Origin: a virus
Strand: one strand, 5' to 3'
Virus record (IMG/VR): IMGVR_UViG_3300005613_000030
Location: 22,608-86,607 of that record
Length of the DNA stretch: 64,000 nucleotides
The notes below the pieces were generated by a model. The model ran no database searches. It was given only the letters and a program-made list of their open reading frames with translations, and had not been told where the DNA came from. The translations under genes and the position numbers were made by a program. Of the stretch, positions 21,256 to 31,109 are shown piece by piece (within the stretch, counting starts at the first letter, position 1; every line of letters begins with the position of its first letter).

Positions 21256-21685
21256 CGACGAATCACAAATTGTCAAAGCTAAAATGGACAAAAGATGCCC
21301 AAGGAAATTAGAACATCATCCTTGCTCCTTTTGTCCATTAGCTGTTTTACGTCTTAAACAGCTAAGAAACGCTGGGCATGAATTAACTGAAGAAGAAGAA
21401 AGCAACCTTCCAGGGTGTCCTTGGGCTATCAATCATCAAATGTCAGATTATTGTTTTTTCAAGTTTGCAGCAGAGTATCTTGATTCAGGAAACCCACCAA
21501 CTGATATTGAGATTGCTCATATGAATTCAGTATCAACTGACACAATTAAGAAAAGTTTTAAATTAGGTCTTGAAAAGATAAAACAATCAGATATGATGCA
21601 GGAAATTAATGAATCATACAATGGAGATGGTGTTCTTGATTCTACTCAGGAAAGTGATCCCGAGTATGAAATAAAGTATCGTTAG
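21209..21685 (+). CDS. Cys-rich protein with sigma-region-4-like HTH
   Basis: Several Cys pairs followed by TDIEIAHMNSVSTDTIKKSFKLGLEKIK. Confidence 0.45.
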   Translation: MIIKIVGIIAPVKKNNDESQIVKAKMDKRCPRKLEHHPCSFCPLAVLRLKQLRNAGHELTEEEESNLPGCPWAINHQMSDYCFFKFAAEYLDSGNPPTDIEIAHMNSVSTDTIKKSFKLGLEKIKQSDMMQEINESYNGDGVLDSTQESDPEYEIKYR

Positions 21686-21708
21686 GGGTAATAAACAATG
21701 GAGCCAGT

Positions 21709-21966
21709 GTAACTTTTTGGTCAATAATTGGATGGATAGCTGCTTTAGCTGGCTTATTTTATCCACTTCCACAAGTAAAAAAATGTATTAAATATCGTAG
21801 TGCTTTAGGTATTAGTCGATATTTTTTATTTTTGTGGTTAATAGACAAAGCATTAACATTAGCATTAATGATCCATATGGATAATACAGCAATGATAGTT
21901 AAATATGGATGCGGATTGGTGTGCGTGTTGATAATCATATACTTTAAGTTTTTTGGAAATAAGTAA
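21709..21966 (+). CDS. PQ-loop/SemiSWEET-family membrane protein (missed by the ORF track; no canonical start)
   Basis: Manual translation: TFWSIIGWIAALAGLFYPLPQVKKCIKYRSALGISRYFLFLWLIDK...YFKFFGNK*. Confidence 0.7.
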   Translation, partial: VTFWSIIGWIAALAGLFYPLPQVKKCIKYRSALGISRYFLFLWLIDKALTLALMIHMDNTAMIVKYGCGLVCVLIIIYFKFFGNK

Positions 21967-22033
21967 CTTATATTACTACTTATAATTTATAGGTTGTATC
22001 TCTGATATAATATTTTATGGATAGGAGTGTTAT

Positions 22034-22576
22034 ATGGCTAAAACTTGTGAAATTTGTTCAAGAGTCATATGTGAATTATCAAAACAAAAAAAGTATTGCT
22101 CTAAGCAATGCCGTGCTGTAAAAAAAATAATTACAGCTAAACAATGGAATTTACAGAATAGTGTAAAACATGCAGCACATCAGGAAAAATGGCGTAAGAA
22201 TAATAGAGAATTAGATCGCATTAGATCTTTAGAAAGTAAAAAACGAGCTACAGTTAAGCAGAAATTAAAAACAAGAATAGCAACTAACCTGCGCAGTCGT
22301 ATTCGTAAGGCTCTTCAAAAAGAGCAAAAAACAGGTTCAGCAGTGAGAGATTTAGGCTGTTCTATTGTGGATTTTAAGCAGCACTTAGAATCTAAATTTA
22401 CAGAAGGTATGACATGGGATAACTACGGTAGAAATGGCTGGCACATAGATCACATCAAGCCATTAGCTAGTTTCGATCTTGAAGATCTTGAAAAGTTTAA
22501 GAAAGCTTGTCATTATAGTAACTTACAACCCCTTTGGGCTAAAGATAACTTAAAAAAGAGTGATAAATATGAGTAA
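22034..22576 (+). CDS. HNH-like endonuclease
   Basis: CEIC..YCSKQC finger plus the conserved cassette. Confidence 0.85.
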   Translation: MAKTCEICSRVICELSKQKKYCSKQCRAVKKIITAKQWNLQNSVKHAAHQEKWRKNNRELDRIRSLESKKRATVKQKLKTRIATNLRSRIRKALQKEQKTGSAVRDLGCSIVDFKQHLESKFTEGMTWDNYGRNGWHIDHIKPLASFDLEDLEKFKKACHYSNLQPLWAKDNLKKSDKYE

Positions 22577-23996
22577 AAATAAATCATTAGAAGTCGATAT
22601 GTGTGCTGGATCTGAGTTATGCGACTCGCAAGGTGAAACACTTTCAATTGAGGGTGCCGACATTAGTGAGTTAGAAGCTGGACGTGGAAGATTAAATGAT
22701 AATCACGGGAAATCATATATGTCTAGCATTGGCCGCGTAACTGGTGCTAAAAAAATATTTAAAGCTGAAGACTGCGAAGATGAACGTCAACTGTATTATT
22801 GGGATAAAATAAAAGCTCCATATTTATATGTTAAAGGTGTTTTATATAACGATGAAGATCACTCTAATGCAAAAGCGGCTGCAGCAATTTTAAGAAATAT
22901 CCATAAATCTGATTGTCCATTAAGGATTAAAGCCTCGGTAGAAGGTGGCGTAATAAGTCGTGGTGTTAAAGATCCCAACAGATTAGAAAGAACTAAAGTT
23001 CACTCTATAGCGCTGACGTTCACGCCTGCGAATCAAGCCACGTTAGTAGAACCACTTAACTTATCAAAATCATTAGATCCTAATCAGAATAAAATAGATG
23101 AAAATCTAATTAAATCAGTTATACATTTAGCTAAAAAAGACGAAGAAATACCATCTTTTAGACATGTACAACGAAATGCTCAAGCAGAAAAAATAGTAGC
23201 TAATATAGATAAAATACAAAAATTAGCAAAAGCAACAGGTATTGAAGTACAATTTAAAACAACAGATCCAGGGTTATTAATAAAAAAAGCGATTGAATCT
23301 AAGGTATTAAGTAATGTACAAAAAATTAATGCCTTAATGAAAGCAATACGGACTAAAAACAATACAGCATATGGAATACGTCAACCTAGTGCTGCTTCTA
23401 AAACACCTGTAACCCCACAAGCTGGGAAGACATATAATGCTGATAGAACATCTAAAGTAGTTAAGCCTGCTCAACCAGCTATAGCTAAAGATACTTTTCA
23501 TAATGACAAATCTAGTGGCCCACTAACCGAAAATACTCCTGCAGGTGGAACTGAAACTTCTATCCCGTTAAAGACTGGAAAACAGTTTGTACAGAGACAG
23601 CTGATACATAGTATTGCAAAAGGTATCCATGAAGGTACACATAATATTAATGACATACAAAAGCAATTAAATGATAAAGGAATTCATCCAGATCGAGTTA
23701 GCAAAATAATAGCACATTTACATGATTATTCATCTAAGTTTCATAAATCAATAGACGAGATTGATGATCTAGATAAAGCACTAATGGCTGGCACTGGTGG
23801 AGCTGGAGCTCCAACTGATTTAACGGGTGGTGGTGTTTTTCAATCTGAATCATTAGAGGGTGATGGACGTTTTAAATACATTACTTGTGATAACTGCGGT
23901 AAAGAACAGATACATAGTAAACATCAAGTGAAATGCCGTGATTGTGGTAAAAATTTCAGTCTAAATAAGTTATTCAACACTATGGTACAAAAATAA
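22569..23996 (+). CDS. Prohead (capsid maturation) protease with C-terminal extension
   Basis: DSQGE, NDNH, ASVEG and ALTFTPAN motifs of the HK97/herpes-fold protease; position between portal and scaffold/MCP. Confidence 0.8.
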   Translation: MSKNKSLEVDMCAGSELCDSQGETLSIEGADISELEAGRGRLNDNHGKSYMSSIGRVTGAKKIFKAEDCEDERQLYYWDKIKAPYLYVKGVLYNDEDHSNAKAAAAILRNIHKSDCPLRIKASVEGGVISRGVKDPNRLERTKVHSIALTFTPANQATLVEPLNLSKSLDPNQNKIDENLIKSVIHLAKKDEEIPSFRHVQRNAQAEKIVANIDKIQKLAKATGIEVQFKTTDPGLLIKKAIESKVLSNVQKINALMKAIRTKNNTAYGIRQPSAASKTPVTPQAGKTYNADRTSKVVKPAQPAIAKDTFHNDKSSGPLTENTPAGGTETSIPLKTGKQFVQRQLIHSIAKGIHEGTHNINDIQKQLNDKGIHPDRVSKIIAHLHDYSSKFHKSIDEIDDLDKALMAGTGGAGAPTDLTGGGVFQSESLEGDGRFKYITCDNCGKEQIHSKHQVKCRDCGKNFSLNKLFNTMVQK

Positions 23997-24203
23997 AATC
24001 AATTATTTCATATATTTATAATCTATATAAATAAAAAAAAATCACATTAATTTTAACTAATCTTTAAGTCAACTTAAGGTTGGGTATAAGTATGCTTAAG
24101 CAGCCACTTATGGTATTATGAAATCTTAAGTTAAACTGTAAGGTATTAATATTAACAATGTTCTGTTTATTTCAAGGGTAACAGAACGATAAAGGAGATT
24201 AAA

Positions 24204-24578
24204 ATGGGTAACAAAGTAGCAATCCTAGACAAACTCAAAAGAAACCTTGACATGAGATCTATTTCTTATGTTGACAGTGGTTCTTTTATTGTTGTTGATA
24301 CAGATTGGACTATCTCTTATGAAGACGCTAGCATTCAAAAGCCTATGGGTGGAATAGATGATAGTTCTTCTCCATTTCTAGGGATTGGCATTGGTAATCC
24401 TGGAAAGATTAAGATAGTTGATTCAGCTAATTTACTAAATGTTATGATAGATAGTGAAGTAAAGCAAATTGTATTTGCTTTTGTTTGTAGTTTCGCTAAT
24501 GATAAACTGTTAGTTGATAGTGGCGCCAATGAACGTGTTGTTCCTGGACATTCAGATTTTAATGGTTTAGGACAATAA
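24204..24578 (+). CDS. Putative head-associated structural protein
   Basis: First gene of the capsid operon; strong SD. Confidence 0.45.
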   Translation: MGNKVAILDKLKRNLDMRSISYVDSGSFIVVDTDWTISYEDASIQKPMGGIDDSSSPFLGIGIGNPGKIKIVDSANLLNVMIDSEVKQIVFAFVCSFANDKLLVDSGANERVVPGHSDFNGLGQ

Positions 24579-24602
24579 TTTACTCTATCTAAGGAGACTG
24601 AG

Positions 24603-25322
24603 ATGAAAAACGAAGAATTAACGAAATCTCTTGTTAGTCTCATCGATGAAACTCTAGAGGAACTAGAGGAACTGAAGAAGTCAAAATTTACTGCTGCAGA
24701 AATCAAAATTGAAGGACCAGGAGATAAAGATGTTGCTGGCAAACCTACCAATGGCGAATTAGATGCTAAAAAAGCAGAAGATGAAGATGAAGAAGACGAT
24801 GAGAAAAAAGTAGAAAAAGGCGTTTTAGACGAAGCTGAAAAGTCTGAAAAAGACGAAAAAGACGAAGAAGACGAAGATAAGAAAAAAGATAAGAAAATTG
24901 CTCAAAAAGAAATTGATAAGCATAATGAAAAAAAGCATGGCGAAAAAGAAGATGAAGATTCTGCTTATAAGTCAATGCCAGAAGAAGATAGCTTAAAGAA
25001 ATCTCTAGAAGAACAAGAAGAACTTATTAAATCTTATGTTGATTCTAAATTTGCTTCTTTTGAAGAAAAAATTGCGGGCTTGATTAAAAAGATCGATGAG
25101 ATCGGTGATGCTCCTGTTGAAAGAAAAGGCGTTTCTGCTGAAAACTTTAGTGCTCTTAAGAAATCTGAAGAAGAAGTAGCACCTCTTTCTAAGGCGCAAG
25201 TAGCTGATAAGCTTTTTGAACTTAAAAAATCAGGAAATATTGTAGACACAGAAGATATTATCAGGGTTGAAACTGGCTCAAATGCAGACTTGATGTCAAT
25301 CGCTGAAAAATATAAATTATAG
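24603..25322 (+). CDS. Scaffold protein
   Basis: Highly charged coiled coil with many L-x-K-S/A sites and a PVERKG motif; immediately upstream of the MCP. Confidence 0.75.
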   Translation: MKNEELTKSLVSLIDETLEELEELKKSKFTAAEIKIEGPGDKDVAGKPTNGELDAKKAEDEDEEDDEKKVEKGVLDEAEKSEKDEKDEEDEDKKKDKKIAQKEIDKHNEKKHGEKEDEDSAYKSMPEEDSLKKSLEEQEELIKSYVDSKFASFEEKIAGLIKKIDEIGDAPVERKGVSAENFSALKKSEEEVAPLSKAQVADKLFELKKSGNIVDTEDIIRVETGSNADLMSIAEKYKL

Positions 25323-25345
25323 TAAACTCTTAAGGAGAGAATAAG

Positions 25346-26800
25346 ATGAACAACGACATGGTTAATCAAATTTCAAATGGATTGAGTCAGGGTCTAGTGT
25401 CTCCAGAGGACGTTGAACGACTTAATAAGGCGATCACAGCAGGTTACGGCGGAGCCGGAAAACCTACGGATCTTACTTACGGCGGCGTACTTCAGGCAGA
25501 ATCACTTGAATCAACTCTAAAATCAATTACTTTCGACATGAAAAATCTTAAGTTTTGGCCTGCTGTTGCAGTAGACAAAGCTTATAACTTGTTCGAGCAG
25601 TACAACAGACTAGTTGGATACGGATCCGATTCTAGTCCTTACATGGGCGAAGGCGGAGCTCCTCAAGAAGAGGATTCTACTTACATTCGTGATGGACAGA
25701 GAATTGTATTCTTTGGAACACGAAGAAAAGTATCCCATCAAATGACTTTAGTTAGAACTACAGTAGGTGATGTTGTAGCTCAACAAGCTAAAGAAGGAAC
25801 AATGCATCTCCTAAAGAACATCGAAAGAGAACTTTATTGGGGACATGCTCATTTCGCTAATGTTGCTACTGGTGCTCAGAATGGATCAGTTTCCGATCTT
25901 CCTGCTAATTCAATTGCTATGAATGGTCTTCTTCAACAACTGTTGAAAGGCGACGATGATGAGCAACATAAATCAGGTGATTTCGCTGGTTTCGGAGATT
26001 TCCGATCAATAGCTCAAGATCTAGGCGGAAACGTTATGGCTCAAGATGATATTGAAGATCTATCAGTTATTGCTTTGGAAAACTTTGGTAATCCAAATGA
26101 ATTACATGCTGAACCTCTAGCTATATCTGCTTTTATTAAGCAATTTTATCCACAATTCAGAAGCGCTCCAGGAATGTCAGCGCAGACAGTTGGATATGAT
26201 GTGAATAAAATGACCACATCAGCTGGTACTGTAGATTTTAAACCAAATCTATTTTTACGTCCACGTTATCAAGCTCGATCAAGAGCCGTCAATGCTAATG
26301 CTCCTGTATTAGGTGCTGCTTCTTTCACAGCTGCTGCTGCTGGAACTGGTGGAAATATTCCTGCTGGAGATTATCAATATAAAATGACTTTTGTAAATGA
26401 CTTTGGTGAGTCAGCTCCTATTCAGTTATCTGGTGGAGCAGTTACAGTTGCAGCTGGTGAAGTTGTTTCTTTAACTTTAGCAAATGTTCCTTCAAATGTT
26501 AAATCTATAAAAGTTTATAGAAGTAATGCTGGTGGAGCAGTTGGTGCAGAGTATTTTATTGCTAACTATAAATTAGCTGGTAGTGTTTATGTAGATTCTG
26601 GAGCTAAAGAGCCAGGACTAGGTGAAGCTTTCTTACTAGATATGAGTGCTGAATGTTTACGCTTTAAGCAACTTTCCCCACTTAGTAAGATAAATTTCGC
26701 GATAGTATCTACTGCACTTGAGTTTGGTATTGTACTATACGGAGCTCTATTTGTTTATGCGCCGAGATTTAATTGCGTATTTAAGAATGTCGGTCGTTAA
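25346..26800 (+). CDS. Major capsid protein (Twort/SPO1-like) with inserted Ig-like domain
   Basis: LNKAITAGYG...GGVLQAESLE resembles the Herelleviridae KSFxTGYG N-arm; IERELYWG; YQYKMTFVNDFGESAP insertion; followed by a strong terminator. Confidence 0.9.
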   Translation: MNNDMVNQISNGLSQGLVSPEDVERLNKAITAGYGGAGKPTDLTYGGVLQAESLESTLKSITFDMKNLKFWPAVAVDKAYNLFEQYNRLVGYGSDSSPYMGEGGAPQEEDSTYIRDGQRIVFFGTRRKVSHQMTLVRTTVGDVVAQQAKEGTMHLLKNIERELYWGHAHFANVATGAQNGSVSDLPANSIAMNGLLQQLLKGDDDEQHKSGDFAGFGDFRSIAQDLGGNVMAQDDIEDLSVIALENFGNPNELHAEPLAISAFIKQFYPQFRSAPGMSAQTVGYDVNKMTTSAGTVDFKPNLFLRPRYQARSRAVNANAPVLGAASFTAAAAGTGGNIPAGDYQYKMTFVNDFGESAPIQLSGGAVTVAAGEVVSLTLANVPSNVKSIKVYRSNAGGAVGAEYFIANYKLAGSVYVDSGAKEPGLGEAFLLDMSAECLRFKQLSPLSKINFAIVSTALEFGIVLYGALFVYAPRFNCVFKNVGR

Positions 26801-26827
26801 TAACTAGTTGAAATTATTACGCAAAAT

Positions 26828-26853
26828 AGGGGTCACGTAAGTGACCCCTTTTT
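26828..26853 (+). terminator. Intrinsic terminator after the MCP gene
   Basis: AGGGGTCAC-GTAA-GTGACCCCTTTTT. Confidence 0.9.
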
Positions 26854-26925
26854 ATTTCCCTATATCAACATAGTTATATATCGTTATAGTACAACATAAT
26901 AAATATCAACCATTATGGAGTTATT

Positions 26926-27684
26926 ATGTTTAATCGTGAACGAACTAAAGAGCTTTTTGGATATGATTTAGATCTTTCAGTTACACGCCGTACTAAAAAA
27001 GAAATTGAGCAATCAAATGGTGTTGTTAGAAAGCATCTAAAAGTTGTAGATAATTGTCCTATATGCAATATTGAAAGAATTATATTACTTCGGCAATCAA
27101 GAAAAAATAAACCATGTAGTAAATGTTTCCATAATCTACCAACGACAATAGCGGCAAAAAGAAATCAAACTAAATTTGTATCTGAAGAGACTAAGCAAAA
27201 AATGAGAGATAATCATTGGTCTAAAAATGGTGGAGTATCTGCATTTAAAGGTAAAAAACATACAGAAGACACTAAAAATAAATTGCGATTACATAGACAG
27301 CGACAATGTTTAAATTACACAGACGAACAGTTAAAACAGTTTCATATTAAGGCATCTTGTACTGTTCGTAATATTTCAATAGAGGATTTTGATGGCTTCT
27401 CTTCTCCTAAAAACACATTAATTAGACAATCAGCAGAAGGTAAGCAATGGCGAATAGATGTCATGGCTAAAGCAAATTTTACTTGCGATAACTGTAATGT
27501 ACGCGGAAAGAGTTTAGTAGCTCACCATCTTGAGGCATTTCATTGTAATCCGGAATTACGTTTTGATATCAATAATGGTGTCTGCTTGTGTCGAGATTGT
27601 CATGCTGAATTTCATACACAATACGGAAAGCGAAATAATACTAAAATACAATATGAAGAGTTTCATTGTAAAAATAAAAGTTAA
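26926..27684 (+). CDS. HNH endonuclease with NUMOD3 motifs
   Basis: FKGKKHTEDTK; CDNC..LVAHH...NGVCLCRDCHAEFH. Confidence 0.85.
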   Translation: MFNRERTKELFGYDLDLSVTRRTKKEIEQSNGVVRKHLKVVDNCPICNIERIILLRQSRKNKPCSKCFHNLPTTIAAKRNQTKFVSEETKQKMRDNHWSKNGGVSAFKGKKHTEDTKNKLRLHRQRQCLNYTDEQLKQFHIKASCTVRNISIEDFDGFSSPKNTLIRQSAEGKQWRIDVMAKANFTCDNCNVRGKSLVAHHLEAFHCNPELRFDINNGVCLCRDCHAEFHTQYGKRNNTKIQYEEFHCKNKS

Positions 27685-27756
27685 TTCACTATAATCCTAT
27701 CTATTTTCATCAGTGGTGTTAATTGCTATTTGGTATAATATCATGAAGGAGATAAC

Positions 27757-28968
27757 GTGATTATATATAAAATAACTAATCTAATTAATAACAAAATATA
27801 TATAGGTCAAACAACACAGCCATTAAATTGTCGATGGAATGATCACTGTCATTCAAAAAGAAAAAATAACGCTATTACAAATGCTATTCGTAAATATGGT
27901 AAAGATAATTTCTCAATAGAGGTGTTAGCAACAGTGTACAAAACTGACGATTTAAATAGATTAGAGAAATTTTATATAGAAGAGTTTAACTCTTTGGCAC
28001 CTAAAGGTTACAATCTTAAAACTGGTGGTCAAGATCACAATCGATACACAGATGAAAGTAAAAAGAAAATGAGCAGTGCTAGAATTGGTACTACTATGCC
28101 AATTGATGTACGTAAAAAAATAAGTAAAACACACAAACAAAGATTTAAAGATAATCCGTTATTATCACAGCAGAGAAGTGAAATGGTAAAAAAAGCATGG
28201 ACAGATCCACAATACCGAATAAATAAGAGTATTAAGCAAAAAGAATATTGGTCTGATGACATTAATCGTAAACGGCATAGTGCAATAGGGAAACAACTTG
28301 TTTCTGATCCTGAATACTTAAAAAAAGTTAGCAATGGTGTTAAGAAGGCACAACAACGCCCAGAGGTAAAACAACGCATGGAACAATTTTATAAAACTAA
28401 ATGTAAAAAAGTTATCAATGATTTACAAGAAATATTTGATTCAATTAAGGATGCTGCAGAGGCATATGGTATTCAATCATCTTCAATCACAAAACAAATT
28501 CAAGGTGAATACAAAACAGCTGGTAAAAGAACTTGGAAATACTTAGATGACCGTCAAACAGTGTACATGTTAATTGGAGCTCCAGCATCAGGTAAGTCAT
28601 GGGTAGCAAATCAATTATTAGATCAATACGATTACGTATCGTATGATAAAAATCGTAAAAAAGACCATTTACAATTATTAGCTAATCCTTCTGATAAAGA
28701 TAAGTTATACGATCCGACATTTAAAATTAGTACAATGATCAGACGACATTCAGATGAATTTAATTTTATTATAGTATGTATTCACGAATCGGAAGATGTA
28801 TTACGAGATCGTATAGCAAGTCGAAATGGTCAATGGACCGACACAATATTAAAGCGAAATGAGCAAGTTCGTAAACGATATGAGAAATATGGAAATGGTG
28901 GGATTATTGGCACGTCTAATGAAGTATTAGAATATTTAAAATCGTTAAATAGAGTAAAAGATGAATAA
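27757..28968 (+). CDS. GIY-YIG endonuclease fused to a C-terminal P-loop kinase/NTPase
   Basis: IIYKITN..KIYIGQT, GYN, NUMOD-like helices, FDSIKDAA HTH, then MLIGAPASGKSW. Confidence 0.85.
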   Translation: MIIYKITNLINNKIYIGQTTQPLNCRWNDHCHSKRKNNAITNAIRKYGKDNFSIEVLATVYKTDDLNRLEKFYIEEFNSLAPKGYNLKTGGQDHNRYTDESKKKMSSARIGTTMPIDVRKKISKTHKQRFKDNPLLSQQRSEMVKKAWTDPQYRINKSIKQKEYWSDDINRKRHSAIGKQLVSDPEYLKKVSNGVKKAQQRPEVKQRMEQFYKTKCKKVINDLQEIFDSIKDAAEAYGIQSSSITKQIQGEYKTAGKRTWKYLDDRQTVYMLIGAPASGKSWVANQLLDQYDYVSYDKNRKKDHLQLLANPSDKDKLYDPTFKISTMIRRHSDEFNFIIVCIHESEDVLRDRIASRNGQWTDTILKRNEQVRKRYEKYGNGGIIGTSNEVLEYLKSLNRVKDE

Positions 28969-29617
28969 ATCAGAACACATAATTAAACGTTATGAAAATG
29001 GACTAGTTCAATATGAACAGTGGCTAGTTAATGATCAGTTTCATAGAGTTGATGGCCCAGCTTATATTAGTTACCATAAAAATGGGCAAGTTAAATGTGA
29101 ACAGTGGCATGTTAACAGCCAGTTACATAGAGTTGATGGCCCAGCTTATATTAATTACTACGAAAATGGACAAGTTAGTTGTGAACAGTGGCGTGTTAAC
29201 GACCAGTTGCATCGAGTTGATGGCCCAGCTTATATTAGTTACTACAGTGATGGTGAGGTTGAATATAAACAGTGGTATGTTAACGACAAGCGGCATAGAG
29301 TTGATGGTCCAGCTTATATTAGTTACTATGAAAATGGACTAGTTGGATGTGAGCAGTGGCGTGTTAACGACCAGTTTCATCGAGTTGATGGCCCAGCTTG
29401 TATTAGTTACTATGAAAATGGACTAGTTAGATGTGAGCAGTGGCGTGTTAACGACCAGTTGCATCGAGTTGATGGCCCAGCTTATATTGGTTACTACAAA
29501 AATGGGCAAGTTAAATGTGAAGAGTGGAGAGTTAACGGTAAGCAATTAACTAACGAACAAATAGAAGAAATCAAATGGAGTTTACAATTTAACAAAGACT
29601 TAGAAGAGATACTGTAG
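28961..29617 (+). CDS. 24-aa tandem-repeat protein (HRVDGPA; YwqK/MORN-like beta-hairpin repeats)
   Basis: Seven HRVDGPA units of the form YENG.V..EQW.VNDQ.HRVDGPAYISY. Confidence 0.8.
   Translation: MNKSEHIIKRYENGLVQYEQWLVNDQFHRVDGPAYISYHKNGQVKCEQWHVNSQLHRVDGPAYINYYENGQVSCEQWRVNDQLHRVDGPAYISYYSDGEVEYKQWYVNDKRHRVDGPAYISYYENGLVGCEQWRVNDQFHRVDGPACISYYENGLVRCEQWRVNDQLHRVDGPAYIGYYKNGQVKCEEWRVNGKQLTNEQIEEIKWSLQFNKDLEEIL
28990..29540 (+). repeat. 72-nt tandem coding repeat, about 7.5 units
   Basis: gagttgatgg(c/t)ccagctt recurs at 72-nt spacing. Confidence 0.9.
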
Positions 29618-29678
29618 AAACTGAAATTTATTTTTAAAATAGTATAATCATATTAAATATTAACATCAAAGGAGTTTT

Positions 29679-29918
29679 ATGCAGGCAGCAAATAAAGAAG
29701 CAATATTAAAGTATTTACAAGATTTAACTGAAGTAGCACTTAAACATGGTATTATAATGGGGCAAGATTTAGCAACCATAAGTCAAACCCCTGATATGGG
29801 TTTACAAATTGGATGGGATGTAACAACACAAGAATATGTTGCAGTAGATAGCACTGGAGAATATAGAAATTCTACTTCTATTAATGTATCAGACGATACA
29901 GATACTGAAACACCATAA
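29679..29918 (+). CDS. Hypothetical protein
   Basis: GTATAAT promoter and SD aaggag. Confidence 0.6.
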   Translation: MQAANKEAILKYLQDLTEVALKHGIIMGQDLATISQTPDMGLQIGWDVTTQEYVAVDSTGEYRNSTSINVSDDTDTETP

Positions 29919-30231
29919 ATTGTATTGTGGTAAGTGATAACTTAATTTATTTAGATATTAAAGATATTTTTAATCTAATAGTAATAAAATTAAAATCTTA
30001 AAGGTTATTGCTGATGAAAAATGACAATAATAAAAATCAATGTGAACAATGTAAAAAGAAATCGTCAGAATTATATGCAACAAATGCACATACACCATAT
30101 TGTGTTTTTTTATGTAGAAAATGTTATATAAAGAAACATGGTCAAGATGACTTCAATGAGTTTAATAAGTATGACACACACGATGATTAGTTTACACCAT
30201 AAATAATGGTATAATATTTTAAGGAAACTTT

Positions 30232-30615
30232 ATGTCAAATGATCTAAAAGCAATTGCTCAACTTATTTGTAATCGACATGGGTATGAGATACAACATGAA
30301 ACAGAAAAGTCGATCTGTTTATCTCTTAAAGATAAAATTGCACGTATTGTAATAGTAGACAAAGATAATAATGCAAATGAATTAGATGTGACTTTTAGTT
30401 TAATAGTTCCACCATCTGAATCAGCTACTTTAATGCAGACATTAAATAAAATGTTATATGTTATAAATGTTAATCAAGATTTTTACTGTGCTCAAAATAA
30501 AAAAATATATCAAGGTGAAGACGCCATAACACAATATCAAGATGATATATATGCAGAGATAGAAGTAACGAAATATAAAAGCAGTTTTGATGATGGAAAA
30601 TATACTATTCAATAA
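30232..30615 (+). CDS. Hypothetical protein
   Basis: TGGTATAAT promoter and SD aagga. Confidence 0.6.
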   Translation: MSNDLKAIAQLICNRHGYEIQHETEKSICLSLKDKIARIVIVDKDNNANELDVTFSLIVPPSESATLMQTLNKMLYVINVNQDFYCAQNKKIYQGEDAITQYQDDIYAEIEVTKYKSSFDDGKYTIQ

Positions 30616-30626
30616 AAAGGGATACT

Positions 30627-31109
30627 ATGGAAGAGATTGTTATAAATTGTAAATGCTTAGATTGCGGTTTGCAATATATGAGTAAAGATATAGAATCTAC
30701 CTGTGTATGCGGTAGTACAAATCATGAAGTAATTAATGATTTTGGAAAAGTTAAAAAAAATTCTAATGAAATAGATGGTAATGCTCAAAGATTTAATGAT
30801 AATAAACTAATGATGAATCTTGTTCCTGTATCAGCTGTTAATTCACTAGCACGGGTATTAACGTATGGTGCTAAAAAATATGATGCTGATAACTGGAGAA
30901 GAGGTTTTAATTATAGTGTTCCATATGCATGCTTAATGCGCCATATGATGGCATTTTGGGATGGTGAAGATATAGATCCAGAATCAGGGCTATCTCACCT
31001 AGATCATGCTATAGCTAATTTAGCAATGCTAATTGAATTTGAACGTGAATGTCCACATCTAGATGATCGTTGGACGACACGCGTAAAACAGAATAAGGCA
31101 GAGAAATGA
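30627..31109 (+). CDS. dATP/dGTP diphosphohydrolase-domain protein (DUF5664-like) with N-terminal Zn ribbon
   Basis: GAKKY..DNWRRG, LMRH and GEDIDPESGLSHLDHA motifs. Confidence 0.85.
   Translation: MEEIVINCKCLDCGLQYMSKDIESTCVCGSTNHEVINDFGKVKKNSNEIDGNAQRFNDNKLMMNLVPVSAVNSLARVLTYGAKKYDADNWRRGFNYSVPYACLMRHMMAFWDGEDIDPESGLSHLDHAIANLAMLIEFERECPHLDDRWTTRVKQNKAEK

Noticed and set aside
226-26800. Inteins or group I/II introns in dnaE, recA, terL, portal or MCP
   Set aside because: The ORFs are continuous and of normal size, and no intein splice motifs were seen. The endonucleases are all free-standing.
28990-29540. CRISPR array or diversity-generating-retroelement target
   Set aside because: The units are in-frame coding repeats without unique spacers, variation is not adenine-specific, and no cas or reverse transcriptase gene was seen in the window.
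30627-31109. 2-aminoadenine (Z) genome pathway
   Set aside because: A DUF5664 domain alone is insufficient, and no PurZ or DatZ was recognised in this window.
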